Origin: Spirochaetia bacterium
GTDB taxonomy: Bacteria > Spirochaetota > Spirochaetia > SP-2023
DNA length: 64,000 nt
Assembly (NCBI GenBank): GCA_965263295.1
Contig: OZ253665.1
Coordinates: 1,056,001-1,120,000, forward strand
Direction: 5' to 3'
The position numbers and the translations under genes were made by a program. The notes below the pieces were generated by a model. The model saw only the letters and a program-made list of their open reading frames with translations. It was not told where the DNA came from and made no database searches. Below, one piece after another: positions 9,907 through 19,327 of this stretch. Numbering within the stretch: position 1 is the stretch's first letter; the number at the start of each line of letters is the position of its first letter.

Positions 9907-10035
9907 ATGCAAAAGAAATTCCCTATGTTTGGAAAACCTACATTCTTTAGAAATGGAAAACGGGGAGAATGTTCATCTTTGAAAGAAACCGGCACCTGTA
10001 CTAATCCTGAATGTGGTGCACGTCTTATTAATTAG
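9907..10035 (+). CDS. 42-aa small protein (degenerate Zn-ribbon-like), not in the ORF track
   Basis: AAGGAG RBS 8 nt upstream. Translation MQKKFPMFGKPTFFRNGKRGECSSLKETGTCTNPECGARLIN. Confidence 0.55.
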   Translation: MQKKFPMFGKPTFFRNGKRGECSSLKETGTCTNPECGARLIN

Positions 10036-10136
10036 GTCTAGACAAGCTTGGTGTCAATCTCCCCACCTTGGGACTGGCCATTTTGGCCGCACGACACTGA
10101 CGACGTTGCGTATCGTTTCGATGCAGAGCCACGAGC

Positions 10137-11297
10137 TCATTGGAAACTCGTGCGCCATTCTAGGCCGGCGACAAAGGCAAACTGATTTTGCAGGAAAAAG
10201 ACCTGTTCATCTCGGTAATACTCGCTGATGCTAGCGCGGTAAGACAAACCAAAACGCAGCACGCCAAAACTTTGCCACAGAATAACTTCAATATTCCCTG
10301 TCTGCAGAATGTTGGGGGCATTGTCTTCTGTGTTTAAAAACAGTGAAGCGTTCAAATCTATCTGCAGTCCCGCCAGGGCCTCTATGCCCCCAAAGTGATA
10401 AAAGGGCCGATCACTCAGGCTCATGCCCAGCACCATGATCAAATGGGTCGTATAACCCTGCGGCGACAAAGCAAAAACGTCATAAAGCCCCGCCCCAATA
10501 TCTATGGCAAGACTCAAGAAACTGCGATTGAATAAGCCCTGAAGCAGCTTGTTGCGAAAGCGCAGGCTGCCACCATACGCGACGCTGTACAACGAGTGCT
10601 GAACCTTGCTGCCGGCACTATGCTCAAACGGCAAGTCCCAGTGTAAGCCATAATAAAAAATATTTAGGCCCAAGCTCGGACTAAAGTAGAGGTTCATCTT
10701 GCCCTGCAAAAAAGGGTTGAGGACCGTCATACCGCCTAGCGTGGATCCCTGGTGCAGCCCCATACCCACAGCAATGGCGAGCAAAGGATCTTGTTTGGCA
10801 CTTGTCACCAAGCGCTCACGCAGACTTACGCGCTGCCTTTGATCTCTATAATCCCCCGTAAGTTGCTCCTCGTCCCGAAAGCCGGCAGAAGCTTCCGACA
10901 TACGATGCTGTTCGGCCTGCAAGAACTCGCGTATGCTCGCTTCATAATCGCGAAATAAAGCTTGTTGCGGATATTGGTGTTGTGCTTCAAGGCACAGAGC
11001 CAAGGCACGGTGGAATTCCTGGTGCAACATTCGGTTGCGGATTTCGCGGCTCCACTCTGCTTCCGAATGCCCGTCCGCAAGCGAAAAACTGCGGGATGGC
11101 CCACCATTCTGCCCTGCCTGGCTTGCCGTGTCCGCTTTGCGCACGGGAACAGAATCGGGCCTCAAGCCTTGAGAACAAAGATTGAGCGCTCCGAATATCG
11201 GCTTGCCTGAGCCGGCAAAAAGCATATTTAGCAGCAGGTAGGCCAATAAAGCCAAGCGGGCACTTAAAAACCCGTGTTCTCGGCACACGTCCTTCAT
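10137..11297 (-). CDS. Hypothetical exported protein, possible outer-membrane beta-barrel C-terminus
   Basis: Hydrophobic N-terminal signal-like stretch, a TPR-like helix pair, and alternating amphipathic strands ending near an aromatic residue. ATGA overlap with aat. Confidence 0.6.
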   Translation of the reverse strand: MKDVCREHGFLSARLALLAYLLLNMLFAGSGKPIFGALNLCSQGLRPDSVPVRKADTASQAGQNGGPSRSFSLADGHSEAEWSREIRNRMLHQEFHRALALCLEAQHQYPQQALFRDYEASIREFLQAEQHRMSEASAGFRDEEQLTGDYRDQRQRVSLRERLVTSAKQDPLLAIAVGMGLHQGSTLGGMTVLNPFLQGKMNLYFSPSLGLNIFYYGLHWDLPFEHSAGSKVQHSLYSVAYGGSLRFRNKLLQGLFNRSFLSLAIDIGAGLYDVFALSPQGYTTHLIMVLGMSLSDRPFYHFGGIEALAGLQIDLNASLFLNTEDNAPNILQTGNIEVILWQSFGVLRFGLSYRASISEYYRDEQVFFLQNQFAFVAGLEWRTSFQ

Positions 11298-12142
11298 CGT
11301 CGCAACAGCTCTTGCAGGCCGCCGCTGTGCGGAAACTGCCCGCGACAGTGGCGCCAGAATTCCCTGCGGGCAACCCGTTGCCGCAGCTCACTTGCCGGCT
11401 CACAGGCAGCCAATAGTTGCAAAAACTGGCTGCGCGGCCGCAGTTGGGCGCCAAAGCGCCGCAAGTGAGGCGTCTCCTGCTGACAGTCGATCAAAGCAAA
11501 CCCCCTATCTTGCAAAAATAGGGCCCAAACGGCAAAAGCCACCTTTGAAGCATCCGCCTGGCGGCTAAACATGGACTCCCCATAAAAACAGCGGCCCAGG
11601 CCAACTCCATAAAGTCCCCCGACCAGGTCTCGGCTACCATCTGGCTGCAGCTGCCAAGATTCCACCGAGTGGGCATAGCCGCGCATATGCAAATTGATAT
11701 AAGCATACTGCATTTCAGGCGTAATCCAAGTCGCCGCCGGTCCGTCTTGCCGCGCCTGAGCGCTGCGCCGGGTTTCGGCGCAAGCGACAATTACGTCCGC
11801 AAAAGCCTGGTCCAACGTCACCTGCAATTGCCCTTCCGCAGCGCGGGGCGCAGCTCCGTCTGCAGGTCGCCAAATGCTGCGTCGCATAACCTTGATTAGC
11901 GACTTGGGTAAATGCAAGTTCTGGGGAATCAGCACAAAACGTTGGCGCGGGCACCACCAGCAGATATCCTCCCCGGCGTTATACCAGGGGAAAAGGCCTT
12001 GCCGGTAGGCAGAAAGCAGCAGTCCTGGGGATAGATTGCCTCCCACGGCAATGACATCGCCACAGCGCTCCTCGACCTGAAAGTCCAGGTATTGCCCTTC
12101 TTCCAGTTTGGGGATTTGACTCAAGTCCCAAATACGCCCCAT
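11294..12142 (-). CDS. aat: Leucyl/phenylalanyl-tRNA--protein transferase
   Basis: GGNLSPGLLLSAYRQGLFPW, TWIT, GYAHSVE, LVGGLYG, GESMFS and ASKVAF. Confidence 0.96.
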   Translation of the reverse strand: MGRIWDLSQIPKLEEGQYLDFQVEERCGDVIAVGGNLSPGLLLSAYRQGLFPWYNAGEDICWWCPRQRFVLIPQNLHLPKSLIKVMRRSIWRPADGAAPRAAEGQLQVTLDQAFADVIVACAETRRSAQARQDGPAATWITPEMQYAYINLHMRGYAHSVESWQLQPDGSRDLVGGLYGVGLGRCFYGESMFSRQADASKVAFAVWALFLQDRGFALIDCQQETPHLRRFGAQLRPRSQFLQLLAACEPASELRQRVARREFWRHCRGQFPHSGGLQELLRR

Positions 12143-12252
12143 ATCTCAAAATCTCATCTCAAAATCCCATATCAATCCCATGCCAGGCCGAAGTTGCTCA
12201 GGCCAAACACCCTTTACAGATGGCTTGGATATCCGCATTTGATTCTAGTGTC

Positions 12253-13467
12253 CTATTCAATCTTGATCTGCAATCTTGATCTGCAAGTTTCTCCCGCCGC
12301 TATTTGCCGCCAATAATCCTGGCATTGTGTCAAGCGGCATATTTCCTGGTGCAGATTTAGCTGAGAATTGTGTGGCGGCGCAGCCGCCAAGCTCTTTTGA
12401 GCTCCGGCCAGGCAAATTTCCAGCTTCCACAACAGCTCAGCTATGGCACTGCGGCGTTGCTCGGCACTCAACAATGACGCGGCCACAGGCGAGCACAGCA
12501 GCTCCTGTAGAGCCTCAAGTCGAAAAGGCTCTATGCACTTATATTTGTGCGATAGTTGCGGGAAATTGCAAGTTGCTCCAGCCGCGCCCACGTTCGCAAT
12601 ATTATCGCGCTTAACGACCAGGTAATCGGGACTGTAAGCCACCGCATGAAGAGCCATGAGGCGCAAAAAATACTCGTAGTCCTCGGCAATCTGGATGTGC
12701 TCGGCAAAATACCCCACTTCGGAACAGACGCTGCGCTGCATGAGCAGCGTCGATGGCCCCAAGATACATTTGCGCAAGGCATGCGGCCAAAGCTCGCGCG
12801 GACTGCCCTCGCGCAGATGACGCTGTTTTTTTTGCGACACAATTTTTACATAACGGGCATCCAAGCCGGCCGGCAGCAAGATTTCACGCAGCAAGCGTGC
12901 CAGGTCGAGCGGCCTGAGCGATCTGAGAGAAGCCGAAGAGCTTCCCAATAAAGACTTGAGGCGTTGTATCAACAAACTTTCCACAGATGAGAGCCCGGCA
13001 GTGCTGTTTTTGCCGGAAATCCCGTGAGTGCAAACGCTAAAACGAAGCCACAACTCGCGGCAGTGTAATATCTTGGCTCCAGTTTCGGCAACTCGCCGCC
13101 ACTGTAGTTCCAGCTTGTGTGGCAACCAGACGTCATCACTGTCTAGGAACGCCAGCCACGTTTGACTCGCCGTGCGCATACCGACATTGCGCACAGCCCC
13201 GGGCATGGCAGAATTCCTCGACAAGGTTTTTAAACGCAGCGAGACAGCGGCCTGCGGTTCCGAGGCAAAGCGCGCCCGCAATTCGCGACAGAGCCGTTCT
13301 AAATATTGATACTCCGGGCCAGAACCGTCGTCTATCACTAGAATTTCGCGCGGCAGTACCGTCTGCCGGTAGACCGACAAGACAGCTTGAGCGGTCAGCC
13401 GCGCCCGGCGGTAGGTCGGTATAATGACGCTGATTGGCAACAATTCTACACTGTCAGTTGAAACCAC
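12253..13467 (-). CDS. Glycosyltransferase family 2 with ~65-aa insertion
   Basis: SVIIPTY, VIDDGS, RNVG, AFLDSDDVW and EDYE. Confidence 0.9.
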   Translation of the reverse strand: MVSTDSVELLPISVIIPTYRRARLTAQAVLSVYRQTVLPREILVIDDGSGPEYQYLERLCRELRARFASEPQAAVSLRLKTLSRNSAMPGAVRNVGMRTASQTWLAFLDSDDVWLPHKLELQWRRVAETGAKILHCRELWLRFSVCTHGISGKNSTAGLSSVESLLIQRLKSLLGSSSASLRSLRPLDLARLLREILLPAGLDARYVKIVSQKKQRHLREGSPRELWPHALRKCILGPSTLLMQRSVCSEVGYFAEHIQIAEDYEYFLRLMALHAVAYSPDYLVVKRDNIANVGAAGATCNFPQLSHKYKCIEPFRLEALQELLCSPVAASLLSAEQRRSAIAELLWKLEICLAGAQKSLAAAPPHNSQLNLHQEICRLTQCQDYWRQIAAGETCRSRLQIKIE

Positions 13468-14069
13468 TGCTGGAAGAACTCCGCGACTCCGTTTAAAATC
13501 ATGTTGATGGCAATGGCCACCAGAACCATGCCCATCAAGCGCTCAATTGCGATTAAACCCCGCTTGCCCAGAACCCGGGCGAAGTAAGTCGAGCTGGCCA
13601 ATATCAAGCTGGTTACGGTCCAGGAAAGCAGCAAGGCCAAGAGCCAGTCCAGCCAACGTTGCGGATTTCGATTCATGATCAATACCAAGGTGGCCAAGGC
13701 CGAAGGCCCCGCCACTAGAGGGATGGCCAAAGGCACAATCAAGGGCTCAGAAAAGGCTGCGGCTTCGCCCACTTCCTCCAGAGTACCATCGCCAGCCATG
13801 TACGGGAAGACCATTTTAATACCGATCAGAAACAGCACCATGCCGCCGGCAGCGAGCAGCGCAGAAGTATTAATCTGCAAGACATCGAGAATATAACGCC
13901 CCAAGAACAAGAATATCAATAATACGAACAGGGCAATCAGCATCTCACGAATAATGACTTTCTGCTTGCGCCCTTCGGGTAAGTCTTTAACTACGACTAA
14001 AAAGACGGGAATATTGCCAAAGGGGTCCATGACCACAAACAGCAATGTAGCTGCGGATAACACCGTCAT
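13446..14069 (-). CDS. MarC family membrane protein (YhgN-like)
   Basis: MDPFGNIPVF, VPLAIPLVAGPSA and ERLMGM. Start overlaps the ligA stop (ATGA). Confidence 0.93.
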   Translation of the reverse strand: MTVLSAATLLFVVMDPFGNIPVFLVVVKDLPEGRKQKVIIREMLIALFVLLIFLFLGRYILDVLQINTSALLAAGGMVLFLIGIKMVFPYMAGDGTLEEVGEAAAFSEPLIVPLAIPLVAGPSALATLVLIMNRNPQRWLDWLLALLLSWTVTSLILASSTYFARVLGKRGLIAIERLMGMVLVAIAINMILNGVAEFFQQWFQLTV

Positions 14070-16624
14070 TGTTTTACTCCTTGCTCCTTTGCGGATTCTT
14101 GCAATGCTGCCGGCCCCAGACCTTGTAAAAATTCCTCGTAGGAATACACGCCAATACCCCATTCCGCGGCCTTTTTCAACTTGGCACTGCCCGCCTTGGG
14201 ATCGGCGCACAACAAGATATCCGTGCTTGTGGTCAACGTAGAACTTATGCCATAGCCCCCAGCCCGCAACCTCTCTTCCAGCTGCTTGCGCGGCAGAGGG
14301 CCACTACCCGTCATGCAAACCGTCCGTTTCGCTCCGCCGGCGATGCCCGTCTGTATATCCTGAAGCTGTAACACCGGCAAGAGCTCCTGGAGCAACAACT
14401 GGTTTTCTTTGTGTGCCAACCATTGGCTCAAATTCTCCAACACGCTGTATCGGCTAGCCGGCTCTTTAAAGTCGACAAAATCCTCAATGCGGCGCAATTC
14501 CAAATAATCCGGCTGCCCTCGCAACAGCTCCGCCTCCCAAAGGCTAAAGCCATTTTTCCACAATTCATTGCGCCCCGTCCGGCTGCCCCACAGGCGCAGC
14601 AGCCGGGGCAATGCCTCAGTTGGCGTGACTTTTTTGCCAGTTTGCAGCAATAAATACTCAAAAATCTTCGTCGCTAAATCGCCGGCCATTGTCGACTGCC
14701 AAGCAGACCAATCATACAAAACAATTGGCAGATTTTCCGCCATCGCCCGGCAAAGCCGTTTTTGAAGATCGGCGTTATTATCGTTATCACTGCCAACGCC
14801 AGAGGCATGCGCTTCACTCTGCCCCTGCTGCCACATTGCCGCTGTCTGCTGCAAAAAATTTTCCCAGCGCGACTTACGCCGCAGCTCGCCCAGTTTTTTT
14901 AAACTTTTCTCCTGTATCAGAGGAATGCCTAGCCGCTCAATCAGTTGATGCAAGTTCAGCCGCCGTGACGCTTCCCGTTCGCGGACAAACTTGGCTATTT
15001 TTTTCTCGGCATAACCCGGTATATCGTGCAGGTCTTCTGCGCACAGTCGGTACAAGTCCTGCAAGCTGCGCAGCTTGCCCAGCTCATACAAGCGGCGGAT
15101 GCTCTGCTCTGCCACCTGTTCCATGCCGGCCTGCCTCACCCAAAACAAAATGCGCTGTATCACCTGCTCTGGGCAGCTGCGCTGCGGGCACAACAAGTCG
15201 GGGCCACTCTCTAGCAGCGGGCCCCCACAAGACGGACACCGCGCCGGCAGCAACGAAGCGCCAAACTGGCCGCGCAATTGCCCAGCCAGCTCACTGGCTG
15301 CGGCAAGGCTCAGGCTGCCAGAATTTGGGGCGCTCTCCGCGGCATTTCCGTCTCTGCCCGGCCTCTGGCGACAGCTAAGGTGATTCAGACTGTTGCCCGC
15401 GGCCGCGAGCAGTTGCTTCGGGCTTCCCAGGTTGCGCCGCACGTAGGGAATGACGTCACCAGCCCGCTCAATTTCCAAAACATCACCGCGCTGTAACTTG
15501 AGGCGCAAGACATTGGCATAATTGTGCAGGGCCGCCCGCTCAATCACCGCAGAAGCCAAAGTCAACGGCAAGAATTCGGCCACGGGACTCAGGCGTCCCT
15601 GCCGCCCCAACTGCCAACGCACCTCGCGCAGCAAAGTCGTACCGCTCGCAGCAGGCGGCTTGAGCGCAATGGTGTAATGGTGGTGATGGCTGACCACCCA
15701 CAAATCATCAATGACGGCAAATAAATCACTGTCATCCAGGCACATAATCAGGCCATCCGTCTCGTAGGGCCAAGCCTGACGCAACTCATTTAAATAGAGC
15801 TGGGCATATTCAGCCAGATCGCCAATAAGGCACAGCTTGGGTTCGACAGTATGGAAGCCCAATCGGGCCAGAGCCCCAATCTGGTGAAATTCGCTGCTCT
15901 CCAGACGCTGCCGTGGACATTGGTAAGCGATAAAACGCAGCTGGCGCAGCGCCACCCGATCGTGCTCCTTGCGATTAATCAGCCCGGCACAGATATTGCG
16001 CAGCGGCCGTTCATTGCCACGCACGGTTGCAATATCTTTGGGCACATACAGTTCCCCGCGCACTTCCAGGTCGAGCGACTGAGCCAGAACCTGCGGGATA
16101 TCCTCGACAAAGGGCGCCAAATGGCTGATATTCTGGCCCTGGCGGCCGTCACCCCGAGTGGCGACATAACGCAACTTACCCGCACGATAGACGCACGAGG
16201 CCGAAATACCGTCGATTTTCGGCTGAATGCATAGCGGCGTGTCGCGGCGAAGCTGTGTGCTGTTATCCAGCAGACGCTGGAACCAAGCCTCCACGCCGAC
16301 CACCTTCTTGACCTTGTCCATCGACAACATGGGGACTTCATGCCGTATTTTGTCCGCCCCATCCGGCGCTGCCGGAGCGGCGCGGCCAACCACATTAAAG
16401 TAGGGATGCTGCGGCTGCCATTCGCGCAACTCGTCTTCGAGGCGATCAAACTCGGCATCGCTGAGCAAGGGCTGGGCGCCATTGTAGTAGGCTTCCTTGG
16501 CCTGCTGCAAAAGTTCCACACGTCGCGCAATCCGCTGCAGCAGATCGCCAGACGCAGTGGCCGAGGCTTGAGCTACCTGTGCGGCTTGGCCGGCTGCACG
16601 CGACATGACGTTATACGCTCCCAT
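14066..16624 (-). CDS. ligA: NAD-dependent DNA ligase with two large insertions
   Basis: YYNG..SDAEFD, PMLSM, KIDG, TRGDG, EVRGE, ETDG, RAGDVIP, C4 Zn finger, HhH motifs and C-terminal BRCT. Start overlaps the upstream stop (TGATG). Confidence 0.93.
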   Translation of the reverse strand: MGAYNVMSRAAGQAAQVAQASATASGDLLQRIARRVELLQQAKEAYYNGAQPLLSDAEFDRLEDELREWQPQHPYFNVVGRAAPAAPDGADKIRHEVPMLSMDKVKKVVGVEAWFQRLLDNSTQLRRDTPLCIQPKIDGISASCVYRAGKLRYVATRGDGRQGQNISHLAPFVEDIPQVLAQSLDLEVRGELYVPKDIATVRGNERPLRNICAGLINRKEHDRVALRQLRFIAYQCPRQRLESSEFHQIGALARLGFHTVEPKLCLIGDLAEYAQLYLNELRQAWPYETDGLIMCLDDSDLFAVIDDLWVVSHHHHYTIALKPPAASGTTLLREVRWQLGRQGRLSPVAEFLPLTLASAVIERAALHNYANVLRLKLQRGDVLEIERAGDVIPYVRRNLGSPKQLLAAAGNSLNHLSCRQRPGRDGNAAESAPNSGSLSLAAASELAGQLRGQFGASLLPARCPSCGGPLLESGPDLLCPQRSCPEQVIQRILFWVRQAGMEQVAEQSIRRLYELGKLRSLQDLYRLCAEDLHDIPGYAEKKIAKFVREREASRRLNLHQLIERLGIPLIQEKSLKKLGELRRKSRWENFLQQTAAMWQQGQSEAHASGVGSDNDNNADLQKRLCRAMAENLPIVLYDWSAWQSTMAGDLATKIFEYLLLQTGKKVTPTEALPRLLRLWGSRTGRNELWKNGFSLWEAELLRGQPDYLELRRIEDFVDFKEPASRYSVLENLSQWLAHKENQLLLQELLPVLQLQDIQTGIAGGAKRTVCMTGSGPLPRKQLEERLRAGGYGISSTLTTSTDILLCADPKAGSAKLKKAAEWGIGVYSYEEFLQGLGPAALQESAKEQGVKQ

Positions 16625-17628
16625 CAGTCCCGCACCGGCACATTCCACTGCCGCATCTTATCCGCAATAAACTCGACAAGCTGGCGCTGAGTTTCCTTGC
16701 CGCGACCCTCTACCTTCAAGGGAGGGCCGAAGGCAAAGCGCACGGGATGTTCGGGCTGCAGCAGCGGAATATACTGCAGCGCCCTAGATCTTGACGAACT
16801 CCAAAAATTAGTGCTCAAGGCCACCGGCACGACACTTACCCCGGCCTCTGCCGCCAAACGTACCGCAATTGAATTAAAACGGCTGCGCGTAAAACAGGCG
16901 TTCTCACGCGTGCCCTGGGGAAAAATAATAATGGAACGGCCTTGGCCTTCGTCGTTGGCCCCGCGCAGGATGGCGCAACCCTCGTTTAAAATCTGCTTCA
17001 AATCGTCTAAAGGGTTTCTGCGCTCCAAAGCGATAAACGGCCGTGAACAAATCAGCGGCGCAAAATAGCCCCGCGCCAGAGCGGACTTCACGACAAAGGT
17101 TGTGGGCATGTATGGCGTAATATAACCACAAAGAGTCTGAGTCTCAAGAGTACTCATATGATTGGCGGCAAATACCACCGGAGGTACCGTCGAAGATACT
17201 TCCGAAGATACTTCCGAAGATACTTCCGAAGATACCGACGGGGCCTGTTCTTGCGTCAACCAGGGCTGCAAGCTTTCCAGGCCTTCAATCTCAAACTGAG
17301 CGCCATAGCTCTCAAACAGGCGATTCAGCTCCAAGGCACTGCGGGCCCATAAATAGTCGGTATACAAGCCACGCAAGGCCAGGCCCCGGTCGCGACGCAC
17401 CACCTTCATATAGTTGGCAAACATCGACAGACCTACCCAGCTCGCCCTAAGGCTTCCCGTCGGTTTTCTGCCGCGCTGCCAGTCCACTCGCTGCACAATG
17501 CCGCTGGGGCTCCGGTAAAAACCACTACGCAAGTCAAGCAAAGGTTGGAACTCTTCCAGGCATAACAGTTGCCGCATGCTCGCGCGCGAGCATGCGGCCG
17601 CATTTACGGGTGGATAGGTGGCCTTCAT
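16624..17628 (-). CDS. Lysophospholipid (1-acyl-sn-glycerol-3-phosphate) acyltransferase family
   Basis: NHMSTLE, FVVK, IIIFPQGTR and VVPVAL. Confidence 0.9.
   Translation of the reverse strand: MKATYPPVNAAACSRASMRQLLCLEEFQPLLDLRSGFYRSPSGIVQRVDWQRGRKPTGSLRASWVGLSMFANYMKVVRRDRGLALRGLYTDYLWARSALELNRLFESYGAQFEIEGLESLQPWLTQEQAPSVSSEVSSEVSSEVSSTVPPVVFAANHMSTLETQTLCGYITPYMPTTFVVKSALARGYFAPLICSRPFIALERRNPLDDLKQILNEGCAILRGANDEGQGRSIIIFPQGTRENACFTRSRFNSIAVRLAAEAGVSVVPVALSTNFWSSSRSRALQYIPLLQPEHPVRFAFGPPLKVEGRGKETQRQLVEFIADKMRQWNVPVRD
17191..17235. repeat. 12-bp in-frame tandem repeat (cgaagatacttc x3.75) encoding VSSE
   Basis: Read directly from the sequence. Confidence 0.95.
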
Positions 17629-17661
17629 GGGATTTATACTACAGAGAAGGGCCGTAATAGT

Positions 17662-19311
17662 CTATTCAGCGGGGAAGCGCAGTCCCAGACTGCGCAGGAA
17701 AAATTGGCATTTGGCTTCCTGTTCACGCCATTCAGCCTCCACCTCGGAATCCCAGATCAAAGCGCCACCGACATGATAGTGCAGCAGCCTCGTCGCCGTG
17801 CCCGGCGGCTCTGCCGCATAAAAGCTGCGAATCAGGACATTAAACTCCATGTTGCCGCTGCCATCGATGAAACCCAAGTTTCCGCTATACCAGCGGCGAG
17901 GTTCGCCCTCTAACTGACCAATCAGCTCCATGGCCCGCAATTTAGGTGCCCCCGTAATTGAACCACAAGGAAAGAGGGCCTGCAGGATGCGAGCTAGAAC
18001 CCCGGTTTGCTCACTACTTGTTTGCCCACGACCTGCCAATGCCGGCCGCAAATGCCCGCAGAGCGCCGCTGTCTGCTGCCAGACCGACGGATACGCTTCA
18101 ACGCAAAAAGGCCAACTTTCGCGTGCCCCCGGCTGTACCTGCACACTGGCCGGCTCACAAATCTGGTATAAATCACTGCGCAGCAAATCACAAATCATCA
18201 GCAGTTCGGCACGCTCCTTGGCGCTGGCACAGAGTTCACGGTAACGCCGCCTGTCTTGAGACTGCCACAAGCCACGGGGCCGAGTTCCCTTCATCGGCCT
18301 GGCCCAGATTTTACCCTCAAAAGCTGAATAACGAAAAAAGCGTTCTGGCGAAAAGCAAAGCAGACTGCGTTCCCAATCCGCGAACCCGCCTGCCACCCCA
18401 AAGCTAAAATAGGCCCCATAGGGCACGGGATGCCGGTTGCGCAAGTACCAATATAATTCGATATTATTAGCATCTGAGAGACAGCCTAACTGCAGGCGTT
18501 GAGCCAAATTCAGTTGGTAGGTTTCACCCTGTCGCAGATATTCCTTAACTTGCCTGAATTTCTGGCGGTAGTCGTCAAAAGATAACTCGGCACTCAATGT
18601 CCAAGCATTTGCCGCGCCCAGGGCCGGCCCAAGGCCCGAAACGCGCACTGGAGCCGGCGCGTTTACTTTCGCCAAAGTATATTCTGTGCGTTGATACATT
18701 AATTTATAAGTCAGAGAATCGCTCTCGCCCTGCAAATAAATGTAGCCACGCCGTAGGTCTACCGCCAAAACTGCCGCATAAGCGGCAAAGTCCCACAGCA
18801 GCTCGCTCATTCCCCTTGACCGATCTTCTGTCTCTTCTTTTGGCGCTTGCGCTGCCTGTTTTGTCATTGGCACACTAAAGTAAGGCTGTAACTGGTAAGC
18901 AAATTCGTAGCTAAAAGCACCTACCAGGCCGGCTTGCAAATCGGGAACTTCAAGTTCGGCCTTTCCGTCCTTTAAGCCCTTTGGCGCAGTGCAAGCGCCG
19001 GCATAACGCCGGGCCAGAGTTTCCAAATGCCGCAAAGACTCCTCGGCTGTGCAGTAGCGACTCTGCACCTCCGAGGCGCAATTAAATGCCGTAGAGCGCA
19101 ACTCGCCACAGGCAAAATACTGCAAACGACAATCTGGCCGCATGCCCAAATAGCTGAAACGCCCCAGCTCAAGGTATTGCCCATCGCCGCTGTCCAGCCA
19201 GAAAAAACCGGGCTGCAGTGCATTTTCGGTAAAAAAATGTTGCAAAAAGCGGGGCAATTGCAAAGGCGCAAGCCTCGCCAGAGGCCGCAATGGATCCGGA
19301 GTTTTCGCCAT
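17662..19311 (-). CDS. pabB: Aminodeoxychorismate synthase component I / anthranilate synthase component I family
   Basis: GETYQLNL, SPERF, PMKGTRPR, KERAELLMICDL and FPCGSITGAPKLRAM. Confidence 0.88.
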   Translation of the reverse strand: MAKTPDPLRPLARLAPLQLPRFLQHFFTENALQPGFFWLDSGDGQYLELGRFSYLGMRPDCRLQYFACGELRSTAFNCASEVQSRYCTAEESLRHLETLARRYAGACTAPKGLKDGKAELEVPDLQAGLVGAFSYEFAYQLQPYFSVPMTKQAAQAPKEETEDRSRGMSELLWDFAAYAAVLAVDLRRGYIYLQGESDSLTYKLMYQRTEYTLAKVNAPAPVRVSGLGPALGAANAWTLSAELSFDDYRQKFRQVKEYLRQGETYQLNLAQRLQLGCLSDANNIELYWYLRNRHPVPYGAYFSFGVAGGFADWERSLLCFSPERFFRYSAFEGKIWARPMKGTRPRGLWQSQDRRRYRELCASAKERAELLMICDLLRSDLYQICEPASVQVQPGARESWPFCVEAYPSVWQQTAALCGHLRPALAGRGQTSSEQTGVLARILQALFPCGSITGAPKLRAMELIGQLEGEPRRWYSGNLGFIDGSGNMEFNVLIRSFYAAEPPGTATRLLHYHVGGALIWDSEVEAEWREQEAKCQFFLRSLGLRFPAE

Positions 19312-19327
19312 TCCGCAGGCCAATCAA

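Noticed and set aside
9750..10136. oriC or parS near parAB
   Set aside because: No TTATCCACA cluster or parS palindrome seen, and dnaA/dnaN/gidAB are absent.
14490..14890. Intein in LigA
   Set aside because: No N-terminal Cys/Ser block, no HN-C/S/T junction and no LAGLIDADG motif.
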